The notes under the pieces were generated by a model, which did not search any database, was not told where the DNA came from, and saw nothing but the letters and a program-made list of their open reading frames with translations. From Oculatellaceae cyanobacterium bins.114 (GTDB lineage Bacteria > Cyanobacteriota > Cyanobacteriia > Elainellales > Elainellaceae), in assembly GCA_033764315.1 (NCBI GenBank), contig JANRJA010000242.1, positions 1 through 64,000 on the forward strand: a stretch of 64,000 bases of DNA, given 5' to 3'. Shown here piece by piece: positions 1 to 8,550 of this stretch. Made by a program: the position numbers and the translations under genes. Each line of letters opens with the position of its first letter. Within the stretch, counting starts at the first letter, position 1.

Positions 1-114
1 GACAGAATTCTGTCTATCTTGCCAATTGCGGAGTTAGACAGATTTTATTCTCGAATTAAAAAATAGTGGCAAGACTTCAGCAAATCTTCATAGAGGGTAC
101 GTAAACCGATGCTG

Positions 115-138
115 TAGTATTTAGTACATGGGTACTAA
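115..138 (+). promoter_or_regulatory. Candidate -10 box (TAGTAT, 115-120) followed by a cyanobacterial LexA/SOS box (AGTACATGGGTACT, 123-136) upstream of the integrase
   Basis: Exact fit to the cyanobacterial LexA consensus RGTAC-N3-DGTWCB, inside the palindrome TTAGTAC-atgg-GTACTAA, 13 bp before the ATG at 150. Confidence 0.7.
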
Positions 139-149
139 AAAACTGTCTT

Positions 150-1127
150 ATGATCTCATCTACCGAATCGCGATCGCCTAAACTGCTAGACCAAGTAAGA
201 GATGCCATTCGGCTGAAGCATTACTCTTATCGGACTGAGGAGAGTTACGTGTATTGGGTTCGACGTTACATTCTTTTCCACAACAAACAGCACCCCAAAG
301 ATATGGGATCAGCAGAGATTACTGCCTTCCTAACTCATCTAGCTGTTAACGAACAAGTAGCAGCGTCAACGCAAAATCAAGCTCTCAGTGCATTAGTTTT
401 TCTCTATCGTCATGTCCTGCATCAACCTTTAGAGGCATCAATCAATGCAGTGAGAGCAAAGCCAACCCAACATCTACCTACAGTTCTGACACCAACTGAG
501 GTGCGTCAGGTTATCCAACATTTATCGGGGGTTCACAAACTGATTATTCAACTTCTGTATGGCAGTGGAATGCGGCTCAATGAGGGTCTTAGATTGCGGG
601 TCAAAGATTTAGATCTGGCTCAACGCCAAATCACTATACGAGATGCCAAGGGCAACAAAAATCGCATTACTGTGCTGCCCAGCAGTTTAATTGAACCTCT
701 ACAAAAACACCTACAGCAAACGCGGCAACTGCATCATCACGATTTAGCGCAAGGATACGGTTCGGTTTATCTACCCTTTGCACTCGAGCGAAAGTACCCT
801 CACGCCGATCGCGCATGGATTTGGCAGTTTGTTTTTCCTGCCTTCAGTCTGTCTTGCGATCCCCGTAGTAACATCGTGCGTCGTCACCATTTGCACGAAA
901 CTGGTGTGCAGCGATCGCTCAAACAAGCCGTTTACAGTTCAAACATCACAAAACGAGTGAGTTGCCACACCTTTCGCCACAGTTTTGCAACCCATCTGCT
1001 GGAAAATGGCTACGATATCCGCACCATTCAAGAACTCTTGGGGCACAAGGATGTAAAGACGACCATGATCTACACTCATGTCCTCAATCGAGGAGGGCGG
1101 GGAGTCAGAAGCCCATTGGATTCTTGA
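150..1127 (+). CDS. intI: Integron integrase (IntI-family tyrosine recombinase)
   Basis: [19 protein letters not shown]-terminus, [10 protein letters not shown], catalytic R (GMRLNE), [24 protein letters not shown], and the IntI-specific insertion (ALERKYP...WQFVFPA...RRHH). Confidence 0.93.
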   Translation: MISSTESRSPKLLDQVRDAIRLKHYSYRTEESYVYWVRRYILFHNKQHPKDMGSAEITAFLTHLAVNEQVAASTQNQALSALVFLYRHVLHQPLEASINAVRAKPTQHLPTVLTPTEVRQVIQHLSGVHKLIIQLLYGSGMRLNEGLRLRVKDLDLAQRQITIRDAKGNKNRITVLPSSLIEPLQKHLQQTRQLHHHDLAQGYGSVYLPFALERKYPHADRAWIWQFVFPAFSLSCDPRSNIVRRHHLHETGVQRSLKQAVYSSNITKRVSCHTFRHSFATHLLENGYDIRTIQELLGHKDVKTTMIYTHVLNRGGRGVRSPLDS

Positions 1128-1194
1128 GGTAGGCTGTGTAGGAATTCAGAGTAATCACATCGTCAGAACTAACAAGTGGGTGCGGCGACGCAAG

Positions 1195-1809
1195 TCACTC
1201 TTCATTTGCAGAGGGATAGAGAATAATCGTCAGAAATCGAATCGGCAGTTCGACCAATTGCTCAGGTCCGTGGGGCACATCGCCGCGAAAGGTGAGCGAA
1301 TCTCCCGGTTCTAACAGATAGGTATATTGTCCGTGGCGATAGTCCAGTTTGCCTTCCAGCATGTAGATAAATTCTGTGCCAGGATGCTCAAAGGTGGGAA
1401 ACATCTCTGAGGCATCATTCATCGTGATCAAAAACGGTTCAAACACTTTTGTGGGTCCCTGATCATAGGCCAGCAAATGATAGGTGTGCCCCAGTTTGGT
1501 GCCTCGCCGCACTACCTCCATGCCGTTGCCATGCTTGACCAGTTGAGCACCCCCCGCCGGAATGTTGTAGTTGCGAAACAGGGTAGAGAGCGAAATCCCT
1601 AAGGCACTTGCCAGCTTAGATAGGGTTTCTAAACTGGTAGCGGTTTGAGCGTTTTCGATTTTAGACAACATACCGCGTGAGATGCCGACCTGCTCAGCCA
1701 CCTCAGCGATCGTCAACCCATGATTTTGGCGAATTTCGCGGATGGTATTTCCTAGATATCGCTCTAGAGAATGGTCTGCGATCGCCTCTTCACTCCGATC
1801 TTGGGTCAT
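1195..1809 (-). CDS. XRE-family HTH plus cupin transcriptional regulator
   Basis: N-terminal HTH (LTIAEVAEQVGISRGMLSKIENAQ), C-terminal cupin (FEHPGTEFIYMLEG..H); divergent from the purU operon. Confidence 0.9.
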   Translation of the reverse strand: MTQDRSEEAIADHSLERYLGNTIREIRQNHGLTIAEVAEQVGISRGMLSKIENAQTATSLETLSKLASALGISLSTLFRNYNIPAGGAQLVKHGNGMEVVRRGTKLGHTYHLLAYDQGPTKVFEPFLITMNDASEMFPTFEHPGTEFIYMLEGKLDYRHGQYTYLLEPGDSLTFRGDVPHGPEQLVELPIRFLTIILYPSANEE

Positions 1810-1832
1810 AGTTACTCTCTTAAAGATGAATC

Positions 1833-1855
1833 ATGTCAGGAAACATTGTTGACAT
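1833..1855. promoter_or_regulatory. Candidate operator ATGTCA-N11-TGACAT overlapping a TTGACA -35-like hexamer
   Basis: Inverted repeat in the divergent regulator/purU intergenic region. Confidence 0.4.
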
Positions 1856-1891
1856 ATATGAATCAATATTGCACTATATTTATCACAGTTT

Positions 1892-1980
1892 TATAGCTGT
1901 CATCAGCTTAGTTGGGACAGCTTAATTAGGGCAAAAAAGTGGGGGGCGAAGCTCTTGCACCCTGCCCTACTACGGCTACA
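1892..1980. repeat. Degenerate TATAGC-ended small inverted-repeat element in the purU leader
   Basis: TATAGCTGTCATCAGCTTAGTTGGGACA...GCACCCTGCCCTACTACGGCTACA resembles the reverse complement of the element at 27560-27664. Confidence 0.6.
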
Positions 1981-2011
1981 TTCATCCACGTTCTTACATT
2001 AGAGTTTTTAG

Positions 2012-2872
2012 GTGCCATCTGTCAGACGATATCGACTCAGTTTGTCTTGCCCCGACCGCGTTGGCATTGTGGCGGCGGTGAGCACGTTTATTGCCAACCA
2101 TCAAGGTTGGATTTTAGAGGCGCAGCACCACGCTGATCAAACCGCTCAACGATTCTTCATGCGGCAAGAGATTTTGGCAGAGTCGATCCCGTTTGGGTTG
2201 ACAGAGTTTCGTCAGCAGTTTGGGGCGATCGCCCAACAATTCAACATGACCTGGCAGATCACCGACTCGGCTCAAAAAAAACGAGTGGTGATTTTAGTCT
2301 CTAAGTCAGAGCATTGTTTGTACGATTTGCTGTCGCGCTGGCAGAGCGGTGAACTAGATATCGATATTCCCTGTGTCATTTCTAATCACGACACGCCCCG
2401 TCGCTTTGTCGAGTGGCACGGCATTCCCTTTTTCTATGTGCCTGTTACACCCGATACAAAGCAAGCAGCATATGACAAACTGATGCACCTGTTTGAGTCG
2501 GTGCAGGGGGATGCCATCGTGCTGGCACGATATATGCAGGTGCTTTCACCAGAGGTGTGCGATCGCTATTTTGGACGCATTATCAACATTCATCACTCGT
2601 TTTTGCCATCGTTTGTGGGGGCAAAGCCTTACCACCAGGCCTATGAACGTGGCGTTAAGTTGATTGGGGCAACCTGTCACTACGTCACCTCTGAACTGGA
2701 TGCAGGCCCGATCATTGAGCAAGATGTGATTCGCATTGATCATTCTGATTCGGTCGAAGATTTGATGCGTTATGGCAAAGACATCGAAAAGACGGTGCTG
2801 GCGCGAGGGTTGCGCTATCACGTTGAAGACCGGGTGCTGGTGCATGGCAACAAAACCGTCGTATTTCGCTAA
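2012..2872 (+). CDS. purU: Formyltetrahydrofolate deformylase
   Basis: ACT domain (CPDRVGIVAAVS), LARYMQVLS, INIHHSFLPSFVGAKPYHQA, GATCHYVT..LDAGPIIEQ. Confidence 0.95.
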   Translation: MPSVRRYRLSLSCPDRVGIVAAVSTFIANHQGWILEAQHHADQTAQRFFMRQEILAESIPFGLTEFRQQFGAIAQQFNMTWQITDSAQKKRVVILVSKSEHCLYDLLSRWQSGELDIDIPCVISNHDTPRRFVEWHGIPFFYVPVTPDTKQAAYDKLMHLFESVQGDAIVLARYMQVLSPEVCDRYFGRIINIHHSFLPSFVGAKPYHQAYERGVKLIGATCHYVTSELDAGPIIEQDVIRIDHSDSVEDLMRYGKDIEKTVLARGLRYHVEDRVLVHGNKTVVFR

Positions 2873-2892
2873 GGGGTGTTGAGGAACCAAGT

Positions 2893-4134
2893 ATGCCGTT
2901 GCGATTGTTGAAATTTGCTTTGTCAAAAGAACACCCCGAACCTCGGATGTTTCGTCAGCGCGATCGCCTTAAATCGAGCTATGACGCGGTGATCATCGGA
3001 GGGGGTGGGCATGGGTTAGCCGCTGCATATTACCTGGCACGGGATCACGGCATCACCAATGTGGCCGTGTTGGAACGAGGCTATTTAGGAGGTGGCAACA
3101 CCGGACGCAACACGACCATTATTCGCTCGAATTACCTCACGCCCGAAGGGGTCAAGTTTTATGATGAGTCGGTGCGGTTGTGGCAAGATTTATCCGAAGA
3201 TTTTGACCTGAATTTGTTCTATTCCACCCGTGGACACTTCACTCTGGCGCATACCGATGCCTCTGTGCGAACCATGCGCTGGCGTGCCGAAGTCAACAAA
3301 CATTACGGCATTGACAGCGAGTTAGTGGATCCCGATGAGATTCAGCACGCCTGTCCTCATATGGACTTAACCTGTGGCGGACATGCCCCCGTTTTGGGTG
3401 CGCTCTATCATGCCCCCGGCAGCATTGCCCGTCACGATGCGGTGGCATGGGGCTATGGGCGCGGAGCCGATCAGCGAGGAGTCGAGATTCACCAACAAAC
3501 CGAAGTACTGGGAATCACAGTGAAATCAGGTCGGGTGACTGGTGTGCAAACCAATCGAGGGGATATCGAAACGTCCAACGTGTTGTGTGCCGTGGCAGGT
3601 TTCACCCCCCGGTTGTTGCAAATGGTAGGGTTGCGATCGCCCCTCTATGTGCATCCGCTACAAGCAATGGTTAGCGAACCAATGAAACCCTGGCTCGACC
3701 CGATCATTGTCTCTGGTAGTTTGCACGTTTATGTGAGTCAGACCGCACGCGGAGAATTGGTGATGGGAGCCAGTCTCGACCCCTATGAGTTGCACTCCAC
3801 TCGCTCCACGTTTGACTTTGTGGAAGGGTTAGCTGCCCACATGTTAGAGCTATTTCCCTTTTTGTCACACGTTAACATCGTCCGGCAGTGGGCAGGCATG
3901 GCAGACATGACTCCCGACTTTGCCCCGATCATGGGCAAAACTCCGATTCAAGGCTTTTACCTGGATGCCGGATGGGGCACCTGGGGCTTTAAAGCAACCC
4001 CCGTTTGTGGCAAAACGATGGCACACACCGTCGCCAGCGATCGCAATCATGAGTTAATTCAAGACTTCTCCCTCGATCGCTTTATCAACTATGAGTTATT
4101 GGGTGAAAAAGGAGCGGCATCAGTTGGACACTAG
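2893..4134 (+). CDS. soxB: Sarcosine oxidase beta-family flavoprotein (N-methylglutamate dehydrogenase MgdA-like)
   Basis: GGGGHG FAD motif, GGGNTGRNTTIIRSNY, GWGTWGFKATP, EKGAASVGH C-terminus. Confidence 0.92.
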   Translation: MPLRLLKFALSKEHPEPRMFRQRDRLKSSYDAVIIGGGGHGLAAAYYLARDHGITNVAVLERGYLGGGNTGRNTTIIRSNYLTPEGVKFYDESVRLWQDLSEDFDLNLFYSTRGHFTLAHTDASVRTMRWRAEVNKHYGIDSELVDPDEIQHACPHMDLTCGGHAPVLGALYHAPGSIARHDAVAWGYGRGADQRGVEIHQQTEVLGITVKSGRVTGVQTNRGDIETSNVLCAVAGFTPRLLQMVGLRSPLYVHPLQAMVSEPMKPWLDPIIVSGSLHVYVSQTARGELVMGASLDPYELHSTRSTFDFVEGLAAHMLELFPFLSHVNIVRQWAGMADMTPDFAPIMGKTPIQGFYLDAGWGTWGFKATPVCGKTMAHTVASDRNHELIQDFSLDRFINYELLGEKGAASVGH

Positions 4135-4283
4135 ATGAAAAAAAGAAAAAAGAAGAGGGAAAAAGAAATAAATAGGAAAGGATAAACGATGAAGGATAAA
4201 AAAAGAAAAAGTAGAGGCGCGATTCATCGCGTCTGTAAAAAAGTAGAGGCGCGATTCATCGCATCTGTAAAGAAGAAAAAATC
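4135..4283. repeat. Purine-rich short-tandem spacer with two copies of the GTAGAGGCGCGATTCATCGC(G/A)TCTGTA palindrome
   Basis: A/G-rich low-complexity run; two near-identical copies at about 4211-4237 and 4242-4268. Confidence 0.75.
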
Positions 4284-4544
4284 ATGAAATTAATGACGTG
4301 TCCGGTGAACGGAATAAGACCAATTTCTGAGTTTGTTTGTGGTGGCGAATTTCGTCCTATGCCAGATCCGCAAACGGCAGACGATGTCACTTGGGCAGAT
4401 TACGTAATGCATCGCAATGGTGCTCCCAGCACTAAACAAGAATGGTGGTGCCACACCCCCAGCAACACCTGGTTTATTGCAGAACGCAATACTCTAACCG
4501 ATGAGGTAATGCGGACATATTTGTTTAATCAGGAGGCAGCATGA
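4284..4544 (+). CDS. soxD: Sarcosine oxidase delta subunit (MgdB-like)
   Basis: CP..G.R..SEF..GGE, EWWCHTPS..WF..ERNT.TDE; 86 aa. Confidence 0.92.
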   Translation: MKLMTCPVNGIRPISEFVCGGEFRPMPDPQTADDVTWADYVMHRNGAPSTKQEWWCHTPSNTWFIAERNTLTDEVMRTYLFNQEAA

Positions 4545-7500
4545 GTTACCGTTTACCTCCGGTTCTCGGCGAATGGATCGATCGCACCCAACTCATTTCA
4601 TTCACCTTTGAGGGCACTCGGTACACTGGCTATGCAGGTGACACGATTACGTCAGCTCTGTGGGCAGCGGGACAACGCATTCTAGGACGCAGCTTTAAGT
4701 ACCATCGTCCCCGTGGCATTTTGAGTGCCGCAAACCATGATGTGAACACGTTGATGCAAGCAGGACAACGGCTCAATCTGCGGGCTGATGTGACACAATT
4801 GCAGGTTGATCCCCCCTCGCCCCCCTTAAAAAGGGGGGAGTTGACTGGAAGTCCCCCTTTTCAAGGGGGATTTAGGGGGATCTCTGCTGGGCAAGAGATG
4901 AACCTTACAGCTGTCAATACCGTGGGGGGTGTAATGGGCGATCGCGCCAGTATCATCAACGTTTTCTCGCGTTTTCTCCCGGTTGGTTTTTACTACAAGG
5001 CGTTTCACTCTAAACGTTTCTTTCCCTTGTGGGAGCGGTTGATCCGCTCGATGACAGGGTTAGGAAAAGCAGACATCACCACTCCCCATATCCGCACCGC
5101 CAAACGCTATGACTTTTGTGATGTGCTGGTGATTGGGGCAGGGATATCGGGGATGACAGCGGCACTAACGGCAGCCGAGGCAGGGGCTGATGTGGTGATT
5201 GTGGATGAGAACGCCCAAGCAGGGGGATCGGGGAGCTATCAACGGGGAGGCAAAACAACCCGACTGGACGTGACCAACCTGTTGGAAGCGATCGCCACTC
5301 ACCCTAACATTCGGCTATACACCAACACACAGGCCGCAGGCTACTACACCGATCACTGGATTCCTCTGGTGCATCGTGATTACCTTTCCAAAATGCGGGC
5401 AAAAGCAGTGATTGTTGCCAGTGGTGCTTATGAACAACCTGCCATCTTTCGCAACAACGACCTGCCGGGAGTAATGTTAGCCTCTGCGGCACAACGCCTG
5501 ATCTACCGCTATGCAGTGAAACCGATGCATCGAGCAGTGGTATTCACCGCCAACTTAGATGGTTATCGCGCTGCCTTAGATTTGCTAGCACAGGGTATTG
5601 AAGTCAAGGCGATCGTGGATTTGCATCCCGATTCATCTATCCCCCTTAACAAGGGGGATTGGGGGGATCTCCTCAACCAAATCCGATCGCACAGCATTCC
5701 CATCTACAACAGCTATGGCGTTTACGAAGCACGACCCAACCCTGCCGGAGATGGGGTTTCCAGTGCAGTGATCTGCCCCATTGATGCCGATGGTCAGCCT
5801 CAAACTAAAGCACAACAAGCGATCGCTTGTGATGGCATTGTCATGAGTGTGGGCTGGGCACCCGCTGCTAATTTGCTTTATCAAGCGGGAACCAAGATGC
5901 AGTTTGATCCTCAGATACAACAGTTTGTGCCTGAAGTGCTGCCGATGGGGGTGTTTGCCTGCGGTCGGGTGAATGGAGTCTATGCAATTGAGCAAAAACG
6001 ACTGGATGGACAACGGGCAGGGCTAGCTGCAGCAGAGCATGTGGGGCTAGTGCAAGATGCAGAAACAAACTACCCTCCCCAACGGGGTGACGAGTCTAGC
6101 ATCTCTCCCTCTCATCCCTGGGCGATCGTCCCTCATCCCCACGGCAAAGAGTTTGTCGATTTTGACGAAGACCTCCAACTCAAGGATTTCTACAACGCTG
6201 CCCAGGAAGGCTTTGACAATATTGAACTATTGAAACGTTACACCACAGTGGGGATGGGTCCCAGTCAAGGTAAGCACTCCAACATGAATGCGTTGCGGAT
6301 TTTGGCACGCATCACCGGAAAAACGCCTGATCAAGTGGGCACAACCACGGCTCGTCCTTTCTTTCATCCCGTGCCCATGTCGCATTTGGCAGGGCGAGGC
6401 TTTACCCCTGAACGGCGTACCCCCTTGCACAGTCGTCATGCCGCATTGGGTGCTCAGTTTATGTTGGCGGGTGTGTGGCGACGACCAGAGTATTACCACC
6501 AGACCGGACAGAGCCGTGAGGAGTGCATTCGAGCAGAGGTAAATGCTGTCCGCACAGGTGTTGGCATCATCGACGTGGGGACACTCGGCAAACTAGAAGT
6601 TCGAGGTGCGGGTGCCATTGAACTGTTAGAGCGGGTCTACACCGGGCGATACGCCAACTTAAAAGTGGGGATGTCTCGCTATGCCCTAATGCTCGATGAA
6701 TTGGGTGTAGTGATGGATGACGGCGTCATTGCCCGACTGGGAACCGATCGCTTCTACTTCACCACGACCACCTCTGGAGCCGCCACTATCTACCGCGAAT
6801 TAACCCGACTCAATACCTTGTGGCAACTCGATTGTGGCATTGTCAACCTGACGGGTGCACGAGCCGCCGTGAATTTGGCGGGTCCCTGTTCTCGTGAAGT
6901 GCTCAGCCAACTCACCGATCTGGATTTGTCGGGTGCGGCATTTCCTTATTTGGGAGTGCGTCAAACGGTGATATCAGGCATTCCTGTACTCCTCATGCGA
7001 GTTGGATTTGTTGGTGAGTGGGGCTACGAAATTCATGTTGCGGCAGAATCGGCTCCTGCGCTGTGGGATGCCCTCATGGAAGCGGGTGCCCCTGTTGGCA
7101 TTCGTCCTTTTGGGGTGGAAGCACAACGGCTCCTACGACTCGAAAAAGGGCACCTAATTGTTGGGCAAGACACAGACGGGTTAACCACTCCGTTTATGGC
7201 TGGGCTAGAGTGGGCAGTCAAGCGAGACAAGCCATTTTTTATCGGTCAACGCAGTTTACAGATCGTTCAATCGCGTCCCCTCAAGCAAAAATTGGTGGGG
7301 TTTATGCTGCAACCTGGTTTTAGTGGAACCGCCCCCCAGGAATGCCACCTGGCGATCGCCCAGGGTGAAATCGTAGGTCGAGTCACTAGCATTGCCTTTA
7401 GCCCCACGCTCGATCGCTATATTGGGCTAGCGTATCTGCAACCAGAACTAGCAAAAGTGGGTAATCCCTTCACCATTCGCCTATCTGATGGCTCATTAGT

Positions 7501-7591
7501 CACGGCGATCGTTAGTCCAACTCCCTTTTATGACCCAGAGAACCTGCGGCAAAAGGAATTTACTCCCCAACGTCAGGAGGTGACGGTATGA
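4541..7591 (+). CDS. soxA: Sarcosine oxidase alpha subunit (MgdC-like), carrying in-frame repeat insertions
   Basis: GRSFKYHRPRG, GAGISG dinucleotide motif, KRYTTVGMGPSQGK, GcvT-like C-terminal half (RVGFVGEWGYEIH, LRLEKG). Confidence 0.92.
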   Translation: MSYRLPPVLGEWIDRTQLISFTFEGTRYTGYAGDTITSALWAAGQRILGRSFKYHRPRGILSAANHDVNTLMQAGQRLNLRADVTQLQVDPPSPPLKRGELTGSPPFQGGFRGISAGQEMNLTAVNTVGGVMGDRASIINVFSRFLPVGFYYKAFHSKRFFPLWERLIRSMTGLGKADITTPHIRTAKRYDFCDVLVIGAGISGMTAALTAAEAGADVVIVDENAQAGGSGSYQRGGKTTRLDVTNLLEAIATHPNIRLYTNTQAAGYYTDHWIPLVHRDYLSKMRAKAVIVASGAYEQPAIFRNNDLPGVMLASAAQRLIYRYAVKPMHRAVVFTANLDGYRAALDLLAQGIEVKAIVDLHPDSSIPLNKGDWGDLLNQIRSHSIPIYNSYGVYEARPNPAGDGVSSAVICPIDADGQPQTKAQQAIACDGIVMSVGWAPAANLLYQAGTKMQFDPQIQQFVPEVLPMGVFACGRVNGVYAIEQKRLDGQRAGLAAAEHVGLVQDAETNYPPQRGDESSISPSHPWAIVPHPHGKEFVDFDEDLQLKDFYNAAQEGFDNIELLKRYTTVGMGPSQGKHSNMNALRILARITGKTPDQVGTTTARPFFHPVPMSHLAGRGFTPERRTPLHSRHAALGAQFMLAGVWRRPEYYHQTGQSREECIRAEVNAVRTGVGIIDVGTLGKLEVRGAGAIELLERVYTGRYANLKVGMSRYALMLDELGVVMDDGVIARLGTDRFYFTTTTSGAATIYRELTRLNTLWQLDCGIVNLTGARAAVNLAGPCSREVLSQLTDLDLSGAAFPYLGVRQTVISGIPVLLMRVGFVGEWGYEIHVAAESAPALWDALMEAGAPVGIRPFGVEAQRLLRLEKGHLIVGQDTDGLTTPFMAGLEWAVKRDKPFFIGQRSLQIVQSRPLKQKLVGFMLQPGFSGTAPQECHLAIAQGEIVGRVTSIAFSPTLDRYIGLAYLQPELAKVGNPFTIRLSDGSLVTAIVSPTPFYDPENLRQKEFTPQRQEVTV
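4808..4882. repeat. 75-bp GATCCCCC...GGGGGATC double-hairpin element, in frame within soxA
   Basis: Terminal inverted repeats and two internal hairpins (CCCCCCTTAAAAAGGGGGG; TCCCCCTTTTCAAGGGGGA); encodes DPPSPPLKRGELTGSPPFQGGFRGI. Confidence 0.85.
5639..5669. repeat. Half-size copy of the same palindromic element in soxA
   Basis: ATCCCCCTTAACAAGGGGGATTGGGGGGATC, encoding IPLNKGDWGD. Confidence 0.8.
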
Positions 7592-8391
7592 GTTATCCAG
7601 TTCAAACCCCGCTTCGGCTTAGCCCAGTCCACGATCAGTTGCAATCTTTGAAAGGAACTTGGCGCGAGATCAATGGCATGCCTGTGGTAGCGGAAGTGCT
7701 TGAGGTGGCTAAAAAGCTGCCAGTGGCGATCGCTGACCTCTCCTACTTGCGTCGGTTTGGGATCAAAGGATCGGGAGCGATCGCTTGGTTAGCACAGCAG
7801 GGTTTTCCAATTCCCGCACAACCCAATTCCTGGAATGCGTTACCTAACGGTGACATCATCGTTCGCTTGGGCATGAGCGAGTTTTTGATTGAGGCGGGGG
7901 TTGATCCCCCCCCACCCCCCATCACAACAGGGGAGTTAGAGTCTCAAAGTCCCCCAGTCCCCCTTTCTAAGGGGGATGCCGCAGGCAGGGGGATCAAAGA
8001 TTTAGGGGGTAATAGTTCTGATCCCCCCCCACCCCCCTTCACAAGGGGGGAGTTAGAGTCTCAAGACCTCCCACCTCAGGTTTATCCCGTCTTACGTCAA
8101 GACCTGGCGATCGCTCTGTATGGCACCTCTGCCCATGAATTATTGCGGCAAACCTGTAGTTTTAACTTTCGCGCGTTATCCTTGTCCGATCGACCCGTCG
8201 TGTTGACCTCAATGATAGGAGTTAGCGTCACTGTGATCCCTGGCGATCGCAATAGCATACCCTTCTATCGCATCTGGTGTGACGGCACTTTTGGTGCGTA
8301 TTTCTGGGAAACTCTGCTGGCGATCGCGCAAGAGTTGGGAGGAGGAGCGATTGGAATAGAGCAGGTAGAAAGAATGAAGGATGAAGGATGA
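7588..8391 (+). CDS. soxG: Sarcosine oxidase gamma-like subunit (MgdD-like) with a large repeat insertion
   Basis: ATGA overlap with soxA; DLSYLRRFGIKG, LRQTCSFNF, RIWCDGTFGAYFWETL. Confidence 0.8.
   Translation: MSYPVQTPLRLSPVHDQLQSLKGTWREINGMPVVAEVLEVAKKLPVAIADLSYLRRFGIKGSGAIAWLAQQGFPIPAQPNSWNALPNGDIIVRLGMSEFLIEAGVDPPPPPITTGELESQSPPVPLSKGDAAGRGIKDLGGNSSDPPPPPFTRGELESQDLPPQVYPVLRQDLAIALYGTSAHELLRQTCSFNFRALSLSDRPVVLTSMIGVSVTVIPGDRNSIPFYRIWCDGTFGAYFWETLLAIAQELGGGAIGIEQVERMKDEG
7903..8072. repeat. Compound (duplicated and nested) palindromic element, in frame within soxG
   Basis: Direct repeat GATCCCCCCCCACCCCCC.TCACAA..GGGGAGTTAGAGTCTCAA at about 7903 and 8020, with TCCCCCTTTCTAAGGGGGA...GGGGGATC between the copies. 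Confidence 0.85.
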
Positions 8392-8550
8392 AGGATGACA
8401 AGAAGAAAGAAGAAAGAAGAAAGAAAAATGAATGAGTGGATGGGTTGGAGAGTTTTGAGTTATGAGTTTTGAATTGTGAGCAAAAAATGAAGAGACGCGA
8501 GTGATCGCGTCTGTGCTGAGTAAAAATCAATGATTTATAGCGAATGATCT

